Of a DNA stretch of 64,000 nucleotides, positions 13,954-22,253 are shown piece after piece (the first letter of the stretch is position 1; every line of letters begins with the position of its first letter). Location: assembly GCA_040954595.2 (NCBI GenBank), contig CM082587.2, positions 11,897,262-11,961,261 of the forward strand, given 5' to 3'. The DNA comes from Balanoglossus misakiensis. Its lineage: Eukaryota; Animalia; Hemichordata. Under the pieces are notes generated by a model that worked only from the letters and a program-made list of their open reading frames with translations, did no database searches and was not told the origin of the DNA. The position numbers were made by a program, and so were the translations under genes.

Positions 13954-15746
13954 TGCATTCCTGGCCCTGGTTTTATTTATGTTTACAGACAATATTGCAT
14001 TTTTGTACAAGTATTTTAATCAACTATAAATTTTGAATGTGTCATTTACCTGAACCGGTCATGTTGACCAGAATGATACATTTCTGCCTTCACTCACCCT
14101 ATAAATATGTGATTGAGACATAGGTCATTTGCATAAGCTAACATACCAGAAAGTAAGCATATCTGTTGTTTTCCCTGTGTCACTGCCATCAAAGTAAAAA
14201 TTAGACGTTGTGTAGAGCAAACTCCAATTTTTTGTTCTCAATAAACATGGATGAATTACATAGAATGTGTTTGTTGTTTACAGTCTTTAAATGACACATT
14301 AGATTATGCACTTTACAAAACGTTTCTGAGAAACAAGTGACTAACTAGTTTCTTTCCACTGTGGCCAACGTGGTTCACTGTTTGTGTCAGAATCTCTCTG
14401 TTTTGCAAGGATTTTGAAATCATAGTGGTGACATGCATAGTGAAAATCAGCTACTTTCAAATGTCCGTCATGTTCATGCTGTAATTGAATTTTCAAAGCT
14501 GGGCTGGCGTGTTTTTTCTTATTTACATAAGTATCACACTTTATACATGTATCTTCATGGGGTTTTTTGAGTCCCGTATTTAGGTCCTCTCTCACAATTT
14601 TACGAAATATCGTATAACTGACAGTTGTTCTTCCCAGAAGAGATTGGTTGGTTATGAACTCTCGGTGTAACTGCGATATACTGTGGTCCGGCGCCAGGTA
14701 CGGTTTAAATCGAGGATTCCTGCAGTAGTGAGATTCTACAATTCTGTGCCTGCGTACGTGTTCAGTGATATCAGTCAGCAAATTTGGATTGAGTTTCCGA
14801 CGATGCCCTTTGTGTCGGCCCCTTGCATCTGGCATCAGACCAGTAAAGTTCCATGTGCATTCCTGGCCCTGGTTTTATTTATGTTTACAGACAATATTGC
14901 ATTTTTGTACAAGTATTTTAATCAACTATAAATTTTGAATGTGTCATTTACCTGAACCGGTCATGTTGACCAGAATGATACATTTCTGCCTTCACTCACC
15001 CTATAAATATGTGATTGAGACATAGGTCATTTGCATAAGCTAACATACCAGAAAGTAAGCATATCTGTTGTTTTCCCTGTGTCACTGCCATCAAAGTAAA
15101 AATTAGACGTTGTGTAGAGCAAACTCCAATTTTTTGTTCTCAATAAACATGGATGAATTACATAGAATGTGTTTGTTGTTTACAGTCTTTAAATGACACA
15201 TTAGATTATGCACTTTACAAAACGTTTCTGAGAAACAAGTGACTAACTAGTTTCTTTCCACTGTGGCCAACGTGGTTCACTGTTTGTGTCAGAATCTCTC
15301 TGTTTTGCAAGGATTTTGAAATCATAGTGGTGACATGCATAGTGAAAATCAGCTACTTTCAAATGTCCGTCATGTTCATGCTGTAATTGAATTTTCAAAG
15401 CTGGGCTGGCGTGTTTTTTCTTATTTACATAAGTATCACACTTTATACATGTATCTTCATGGGGTTTTCTGAGTCCCGTATTTAGGTCCTCTCTCACAAT
15501 TTTACGAAATATCGTATAACTGACAGTTGTTCTTCCCAGAAGAGATTGGTTGGTTATGAACTCTCGGTGTAACTGCGATATACTGTGGTCCGGCGCCAGG
15601 TACGGTTTAAATCGAGGATTCCTGCAGTAGTGAGATTCTACAATTCTGTGCCTGCGTACGTGTTCAGTGATATCAGTCAGCAAATTTGGATTGAGTTTCC
15701 GACGATGCCCTTTGTGTCGGCCCCTTGCATCTGGCATCAGACCAGT
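13940..15746. repeat. 902-bp tandem duplication (two copies)
   Basis: GTAAAGTTCCA(C/T)GTGCATTCCTGG occurs at 13941 and 14843. Both copies end ...GGCATCAGACCAGT. Two substitutions noticed between copies. AGT microhomology at the junction. Confidence 0.95.
14341..14835 (-). pseudogene. 5'-truncated duplicate of the transposase N-half ORF (its last 164 codons)
   Basis: Identical to the C-terminal 164 aa of 15243-16205 except R->K (GLRKP/GLKKP). Created by the 902-bp duplication. Confidence 0.85.
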
Positions 15747-16199
15747 TGAACAGTGCATCATTTTGCTTAGAACGGTTCTAGTCCGCCTCTCACTAATGCC
15801 AAATAATTTCAGGAATGCATTTTTGCAGACAGTAACCGTTTCACCGCCTTCATTCACCAGGTGATAACGAACCGATTTCTTGTGTGACTTCATCTGTATA
15901 TCCATCAGTTTGTAGAGCATCAAGTTCTGTTCATTATACACGCGACCATCAAAATATTTTCTCGTGGTGCCTAAAACATGCGTACTCCCAAGCTTCCGCA
16001 GACAATTCCCTTGAACGCAGGCGCATTCCAAGGAAAGACTGTCAATATCTGGAAAAGGGCGATTTTTCCTTGGTTTTTGTCTCGGACACGTCTTTTTAGA
16101 ATTCCTACGTGGCTTGTTGGCTCGAGCTGACAGTTCGGTTCTGCGTTGCTGCCACACAGGAATGGGTTCCCACGCATAAGCAACTCCCCGGCAGGCCAT
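15243..16199 (-). CDS. Sola1-like transposase N-terminal half (Cys/His-rich, putative DNA-binding), 318 aa from first ATG
   Basis: Motif series CxC..C, VCKNAFLKLFGIS, DARGRH, ESHYCR..YL, YTIFRKI, KPHEDTCIKCD, H..H...A matches the region that normally precedes the catalytic core in Sola1-type transposases. The ORF is intact. Minus-strand AATAAA candidate near 14875. Confidence 0.75.
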   Translation of the reverse strand: MACRGVAYAWEPIPVWQQRRTELSARANKPRRNSKKTCPRQKPRKNRPFPDIDSLSLECACVQGNCLRKLGSTHVLGTTRKYFDGRVYNEQNLMLYKLMDIQMKSHKKSVRYHLVNEGGETVTVCKNAFLKLFGISERRTRTVLSKMMHCSTGLMPDARGRHKGHRRKLNPNLLTDITEHVRRHRIVESHYCRNPRFKPYLAPDHSISQLHREFITNQSLLGRTTVSYTIFRKIVREDLNTGLRKPHEDTCIKCDTYVNKKKHASPALKIQLQHEHDGHLKVADFHYACHHYDFKILAKQRDSDTNSEPRWPQWKETS

Positions 16200-16370
16200 G
16201 GTCACAGCTGAAGTATTTGTTCAAGTACTGACTGACTAAACGCGGCATGGAACAAACGAACGAACGAACGAACGACTTCACGTTCGGAAAAAAAATCGTT
16301 GCGAGCTGTTGGGTGCCTCTATAGTTGTCGGCAACCGTTCTTTTTTATTGCTAAACAATGCTGTCAGAGC
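16200..16370. promoter_or_regulatory. Putative bidirectional promoter between the two transposase halves
   Basis: 171 bp between divergent ATGs (16199 on -, 16371 on +). Contains ACTG x2-3, (GAAC)n at ~16258-16273 and TTCGGAA at 16283. Function is inferred from geometry only. Confidence 0.45.
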
Positions 16371-17384
16371 ATGGAAGGTGTGGTGGAAAACGAACAGAGG
16401 TTTTGTACGACCAACGATTGGATGGTGCTACATATGGACTTCCACAAGTCATTGCCGGTTCCTAAACTCAGCTCTGAAGACTTTTACTTTAAATCGAAAT
16501 TGCAAATGAAGCTCCTTGGAATTTACAACGGGACAACGGAAAAGATGCATTGTTATGTATGGACAGAGCTCGATAGCAGAAAGTCTCCCGATGAAGTTAT
16601 TACCTGTCTAAATCACTTTTTTTATAACTCGGGTGTGACCAGCAGACATGCAGTTATTTACAGCGACAACTGCCGTGCCGAATTCAAGTGTGGGAAGTTA
16701 ATGTTTTACTATGACTATCTGTTACGAAAGGGCGTGTTTCGACGAATTGACTATAAAACTCTTGTGGCTGGACACACGTACTCCACCTGTGACCGAGTTT
16801 TTGCGTCCATTGAAAGGCATGCAAGTCGTTTCCAGAGTATAGAGACACCTCACGATTGGACATCTGTGATTCGAGGATCTTCTCTGAATGGGAACATTGG
16901 AGTTACGGAGATGACTCACAGAGACTTTTTCAATTATTCTGATTTCCTGAAAAATGAGTACGTTGTGCGTTATGCAGATACAAACAATGTAACTTTTTAC
17001 TACCAAGCCATGCACTATTTTAATTTTGGAGAAGGAGAAAGGCTTGATACCGACGGCAACCTCAGAACATTTAGTCATGCAGATAAAGTTTGGGTGAGAA
17101 CATCTCTAGATCCAAGCGAGACCCCGATTGTAGTCGACTTTAGAAAGAAGAAGCAGAACCGGCGTTTACAAGATTGTACGCTGAACAAACTTTATCAGGA
17201 ACGTCGACCACTGGCGAGCAAAGTTTGGCGGGATCTTCAGAGTTTAGCCAAAAATTACCTGTCTCCGGAGGCAATAGAATTTTATAGGAATCTACCGCTT
17301 CAGGAGAGTAGTGGCACCTCTGCAGACCCGTACGCCTTTCATGATGATGACGACGACGATGATGATGATATGGGCGGTGGTTGA
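16371..17384 (+). CDS. Sola1-like transposase catalytic (DDD) half, 337 aa from first in-frame ATG, acidic tail
   Basis: MDFHKSLPVPKL...FYFKSKL...YVWTE...DEVITCL...IYSDNC...LVAGHTYSTCDRVFASIE: three Asp in the typical Sola-like context (D-F, SDNC, GHTxxxCD). Ends in a poly-Asp run. Confidence 0.82.
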   Translation: MEGVVENEQRFCTTNDWMVLHMDFHKSLPVPKLSSEDFYFKSKLQMKLLGIYNGTTEKMHCYVWTELDSRKSPDEVITCLNHFFYNSGVTSRHAVIYSDNCRAEFKCGKLMFYYDYLLRKGVFRRIDYKTLVAGHTYSTCDRVFASIERHASRFQSIETPHDWTSVIRGSSLNGNIGVTEMTHRDFFNYSDFLKNEYVVRYADTNNVTFYYQAMHYFNFGEGERLDTDGNLRTFSHADKVWVRTSLDPSETPIVVDFRKKKQNRRLQDCTLNKLYQERRPLASKVWRDLQSLAKNYLSPEAIEFYRNLPLQESSGTSADPYAFHDDDDDDDDDMGGG

Positions 17385-17484
17385 ACAAACTGTCCTTTTC
17401 ATGACGACAGTGATTTTGGATATTTGATGTGCGTGCACAGTTTATATGTAATATTTTCACACGAACGAGTTTTGACTGAATTTG

Positions 17485-17570
17485 ATTAAAGAATGTACTC
17501 GATAATTAACAAATGTGCTGAATCGTGGTTATTATGTTGTTAATTTTTGTTTGTTTGTTTGTTTGTTTGT
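17485..17570 (+). terminator. Candidate poly(A) signal with downstream GT-rich tract
   Basis: ATTAAA at 17485-17490, ~100 bp after the stop, followed by (TTTG)n at ~17546-17570. Confidence 0.4.
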
Positions 17571-17702
17571 AAACAATTTCCGTTCATTCAACTGGCTACA
17601 AAGTTGGATTTTTGTACTGGGAAGCGATAAACTCGCACATCAAAACCGGGGAGACTCGATCATTTTTCCCTGCAGGTAGCCTGAAAAGCACCCGGGCAGA
17701 GA

Positions 17703-17776
17703 TTACGTCATATATGGTCCACTTTAATACGAAATTATGCAAATGTGACATTTCACGGAAACGGCGTATATAAAAG
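17703..17776 (+). promoter_or_regulatory. Pol II promoter of the SET gene: CRE-like site, octamer and TATA box
   Basis: TTACGTCA 17703-17710, ATGCAAAT 17737-17744, TATAAAAG 17769-17776, ~90 bp upstream of ATG 17868. Confidence 0.6.
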
Positions 17777-17867
17777 CGACCCTGGGCTATTGTTCGGAAT
17801 GCGTCATCGACGAGAGAGTGACTGATAATTCTTCTACCTCGAGTCAACCATTCTGTATATACTGAAC

Positions 17868-19194
17868 ATGGCTAGCTGGCGCAGGAAGAGACAAGGCAAT
17901 GTGCGGTCTGTAATCAACGAACGGCACCGCTCAGTTCAGTGTCCCTTTCTTCAAAAGTGGATCGGTGAGCAATTGGTATTTTCAGGTCGTTCAGAGGATG
18001 AAGTCCAGTCCAGTACTGTATTTGAGAGCTACAAATGTTGGGTTGAAAACTATTCGTCGGCGGACAATCAAGTAATGATTATGGTTACTAAAGCTCGATT
18101 TTTCAAGGTGAGAATGATCGCATTTTTCTTCCCCCCCCCCCTCCCTCCCCCAAGGGACTCGTTTTCTGTCTCTTTTAAACCTGTAACTTAACGAAAAGGA
18201 AGTTTTTCACATATCTCTTTGTTGACACTATAGCAATTTGGAGCGCGGATGCTTCAAGAGAATAGCGTTACCAAATCAAAGTCGGCCGGGGTTAATATTT
18301 ATAGAGGTGTTCGTCTGAAAGCTGGTTCGCGAAGAATCTCAACGGGGAAACCTGAGCACAGTGTACTTCAGACCAGGGCAAGGGCATTTCTTGATGACGC
18401 CAGCGTGACCGTTCCGATCGAGGTAAGAATGGTGTTTTGTTTGGACTAGGACAATAGAACGTTGCAATGAGTGTGTCAATGGGTGTCCAAGTGCAAACGT
18501 GGTCGGCTTCTGTCCACAAATGCCATTAATTTTAGGCAGGATTTATAAAATTGTCAATGAAGAATACAAAAATGAAAAACAATAGTTAATAGCAAACGGG
18601 TAGGATTGCAAGGGCTTGTAAAACGGTACACACTGTACCAGGAAGTTTGCAACACTAATGAAGAATGTATATGATATATTTAGGTGAGAACTGTTCGCGA
18701 TCGCCGGGACGCAGGACGGTGCGCGTTTTCGACGAGGGATCTTCAAGCCTGGAACGTCGTCTGCGAATACCGGGGCACGGTTATTAGCGTTGAAGAAGCT
18801 AGTCGGCGTGATGAACTTTACAGGGCAGAGGGGAAACGACCACGCATGTTTCATCTCTACATTGGAAAGAGACACGTTGTGTGAGTGTATCACTTAGTCG
18901 AATATATGGTCATATATTGCAAAGCATCTGTCGAAATAGAAAACGTAATATTGTCTATATTTTCCTCATTAACGCAGCATTGACGGATACGATGTCCCAG
19001 CCGGTGAAGAAAATTTAGCGGGCCTAATAAATCACAGTCAGCAGAACGCCAACTTGGTACCGGTTCGGATCGGAGAGCGCCTGGTTTTCTTTGCAACCAG
19101 GAATCTTTGTCAGGGAGTAGAGCTTTTGTATGATTACGGTGACGGGGGTGAAGAGGATTTCTTCAGTGGTTCTCAAACTTTTCCTGAAAATTAA
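17868..19194 (+). CDS. Winged-helix-like + SET-domain lysine methyltransferase (SETD8/PR-Set7-like), 4 exons, 280 aa
   Basis: Exons 17868-18107, 18234-18422, 18684-18880, 18978-19194 with GT-AG introns (GTGAGA, GTAAGA, GTGAGT donors) join in frame (843 nt). SET motifs: GRCAFSTRD, VCEYRG, IDG, AGLINHS, FFATRNL..GVELLYDYGD. The N-terminus (VFESYKCW...FFKQF...IYRGVRLK) resembles an RFX/D5-type winged helix. Confidence 0.85.
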
Positions 19195-20101
19195 GGCATT
19201 AACACATCAACGCTTCGGGATGTCGTAACGGCGGCAAGGCGGGGGGGGGGGGGGGGGGGCGTGAAAATGTTTGTATCAGGAACAAAATTCCCGTGCAAAT
19301 CACCTTGATCCGGGTGGGTGGACTATTCGCGACAAATGTTGAAATCATACAAAGCATTTTACTTAATTAACCCATTTTTTTCATTTATTTGTTTACAGTT
19401 TACAACGTCATAGAGAAGTTGAACTAGAGACTGGATCAGCGTGGGTGACACCATAGTACACCAATGTTTTCTTCAGTTTGATTCAATTGTAATTTAAAAC
19501 TGAGATTGCCTAACGCTTTCCCAGATTTTTTTAACCACTGAGAAACTGTGGGTTTTTTTCTGGGTTTTGGTGCGAGGTGATCTCAGTCAGTGGTGTTAAT
19601 TTAATTAATCATTTTCTTTTCCTATTTACGTCGACTGAAATGTATTTTGATAGGTGATAGTCATACCATAAAAAAATCTTACGGCGCGACTGCCAAAATG
19701 TACATTTATTTGTCCGTTCCAAGTTATTTTGTGTATGTGTGATGGGTGCCGGTGACTGTGCAGGGTTGATTTCCCTAGAGCGACTGTTATATTCGTTTTC
19801 CAACGATGATGAATTTACATGTTATTTGCTTGGCATTTTGACGCAGAGACACTTCTGAAAACACAAACCTATTAATTATGCCACGGGTGTAAATTGATCA
19901 CATTAAAAGAGGCTTTAGACGTTTGCCGCGAGCTCCTGGTGGGCAGAATCTTGTCAGCCCAAATTTGACTATAAGTACATAGCCAATGATGTGACGCTCT
20001 CCCACATCCTTCGCCGCGCCTTTTCGCTGATTTACAGCATCTTGCGTAAACACTGTCATTTGATCTTGCTTGGCAGAAGTCAACTTGCTCTATACTACAT
20101 T

Positions 20102-20467
20102 ATGGCGGCCAAGCTCAACTGCATATCAGATAATGCCAAGGAGCGTTTGAGAGGCATCCTCGCCAGAAGGAGTCGCGTTTCCGGTGACTGTGTGCTCTGG
20201 ACGGGTGCAGCTTGTCGAAACGGCTATGGCTCTATTACGTTCAGAGATGAGAACACTCTAACCGCCTATGTCCATCACATTGCACTCCTAATTAACGGAG
20301 TGCAATTGGTGGGCAGGCGGTTAGAGTGTTCTCATCTTTGCAACGAAAAGCTATGCATCCGCCCAGAGCACATTGTCCAGGAAACGCGACTCCTAAACAT
20401 TTCACGAAAGACGTGCTTTAAATCCCCAAAAGGGGAGTGTCACCACGATCCCAGGTGCCTAAGGTGA
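20102..20467 (+). CDS. His-Cys box (His-Me finger) homing-endonuclease-like protein, 121 aa from ATG
   Basis: CVLWTG...GYG...VHH...SHLCNEKLCIRPEHIVQE...NISRKTC...CHHDPRC matches the zinc-binding loop pattern of I-PpoI-type His-Cys box nucleases. Confidence 0.85.
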   Translation: MAAKLNCISDNAKERLRGILARRSRVSGDCVLWTGAACRNGYGSITFRDENTLTAYVHHIALLINGVQLVGRRLECSHLCNEKLCIRPEHIVQETRLLNISRKTCFKSPKGECHHDPRCLR

Positions 20468-20758
20468 GTAATCCTCTTCTCATTTGATATGTATTGTGTG
20501 ACCCTGCAGTTGAAACGCTTTCATCAATAATTTGCGGCGCGTGGGTAATCTCGGTGTTATTGACAATGCAGCCGGCCCAAACATTTTTAAATTAACACTG
20601 TTTCTGACTGTATTAACGAAATGTCCAATTTGCAAGTAGCCTATAGACAACCCTTTTGAATGAGTTTTGTCTCGTTGAGATTTTATACATAAGGAACAAT
20701 CTAGATTTATTTTAGAAGACACTGTTCTTTTAAAACAGCTAGCATAATACAGCTAAAT

Positions 20759-21126
20759 TTCGGAATTTCCGGACAATTTTCGGAATTCCTTTTAAATTTG
20801 AGAAATTTTTCATCAGATATAAGTGTTACTATTTATTGGACATGTTTTTATCATTGTTTACTTTTTAAGGTCATTCTCATCCCCCCCCCCCCCCCCCAAA
20901 AAAAAGCCGCTTTAGGCTTCATGTTCAGTAAAAAATCTGGAAAGTTCAGCTGAATTTTACACTGATCACACATTTTTGGGAAGGTCTGGCGCAAAATAAA
21001 GGATGACAAATGTAAATCTAATGTCACATTTGTAAACCTCTAAGTATTGTACACTCATTCTATTAAGTATATGCAAATAGTACGGATAATTTTTTCGGAA
21101 TGTGGAATTCCGAAATTAGTTCGGAA
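20759..21126. repeat. Inverted repeat pair and TTCGGAA motif cluster
   Basis: 20767-20789 TTCCGGACAATTTTCGGAATTCC matches the reverse complement of 21104-21126 (TTCCGAACTAATTTCGGAATTCC) at 20/23. TTCGGAA or its complement at 20759, 20779, 21094, 21108, 21120. Confidence 0.6.
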
Positions 21127-21450
21127 CGTGTTAGCAGTGAAGAGATCACCACTGAGGGTTGGAAGGCCTTGCCAGAAATTAACGCGTAAAGTACGCCCTC
21201 ACAGGCCATGTAAACAAGGTCAAATAAGGCCGTCTGGCAAACGAATGATTAATTCAACGCGCCATTTGAGCCGAGCTGAGTTGGTCTGAGTTGCGTATCA
21301 CACAGACTTAGGCTGAATGTCAGTGGAGTAACCAGTCCGTTTTAGATTTACCAATGATGTGAATTTAATTTCTTCACCCAGAAAAACAGAACACAACTTG
21401 TCTGCAACATGATGCTGGAGGTGACACATGACAGAGAAGTGGATCCGCGT

Positions 21451-21787
21451 TGTCAACACAGATGCCAGCATTCAAAAGGGGAGTGCCACCTGCTAAAATC
21501 AACTCATCTGCTGTTGGCCCATTTTACCTGTGGCAACTGTTCAGAGGAGACAACGTTTATTCCGTGCAAGCCAACACGCAATGTTGGGGTCTACCTGTCA
21601 ACACAGATGCAAGCATTCATGTGAGTGAGTATCAGGACTGACCTTGTTTTGCTGAATAATTCATAATGCCTATTTTAGAATTCTTAGAGGCATTTGGAGT
21701 TCATTGCCTGGTCAACCAAACTACACCCCTTAACAGCTGAAACAAAATGCGTATTGTGTTCATTCATTCATTGCTTCAATATATATA
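21451..21787 (+). repeat. Diverged copy of the satellite monomer inside the island
   Basis: Colinear matches: CACCTG..AAAT.AACTCATCTGCTGT.GGCC, GAGGAGA, CACAGATGC.AGCATTCAT, GAGTGAGT, TGCCTATT.TAGAATTCTTA, CATTG.CTGGTCA, TTCATTCATTCATTGC..TCAATATAT. Includes a 24-bp direct repeat at 21451 and 21596. Confidence 0.88.
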
Positions 21788-22253
21788 GGCAACATGAGTA
21801 TCAAGTAGCACTATTTGTTTACGATTGTATTCATGAAAACTTCCCACTAACAATTCCACAGTTAATATTGAACACATTTATCCAACAAGGTCAAAAGAAA
21901 AAGGGAATCTTCTGGTTCCAAAATACGCCACAAATGTGGGTCAACATACAGTGAAATATTATGGTGCTCAAATATGCAACATATCAAATCTGTCTCATCA
22001 AAGTCATGCTTTAAAAAAGAATTGAAAAGGTATTATTTATCCATTTGACTGCTGTATTTTCAGAAGGAAAACAAACTGAATTTGGTTTTTCATGTACAAA
22101 TATTTTCTGTAAAATAGACATTTAATTGGCAAGCCGTCCTGCATCAATTATTAATTGTGTACATGCACTAAAGCGCCCTCACTGCTGGGTGTGTTGTATG
22201 GTCTTTAACCCTGTTTCAAATTAGAGTACTTTCTGCAATTTCAAGACAGATCT

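Larger units (their letters stand above)
13954..22253. mobile_element. Putative autonomous Sola-like DNA transposon, left end missing; likely parent of the satellite MITE
   Basis: Unique island with transposase-like ORFs. From 22100 (ATATTTTCTGTAAAATAG...) it runs into the right ~150 bp of the MITE and ends at the right TIR (22226-22253), followed by the normal satellite flank. No left TIR at the 13953/13954 junction. Confidence 0.75.

Noticed and set aside
14683-19096. Short overlapping or antisense ORFs (14683, 15667, 15884, 15971, 16309, 16722, 17140, 17596, 18292, 18543, 18890)
   Set aside because: Shadows of the better-supported transposase and SET genes or their flanks, with no motifs.
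19991-20467. Group I intron hosting the homing endonuclease
   Set aside because: No flanking rRNA exons or recognisable intron core. The upstream GTG-started 37-codon extension is also unsupported.
19242-20897. Poly-G (~19242-19259) and poly-C (~20881-20897) tracts as paired or G4 elements
   Set aside because: Simple homopolymers common in invertebrate genomes, with no supporting context.
19609-21954. Small ORFs at 19609, 19898, 20480, 21047, 21409, 21450, 21694
   Set aside because: Short, mostly non-ATG starts and no motifs. Those at 21409-21954 overlap the diverged satellite copy.
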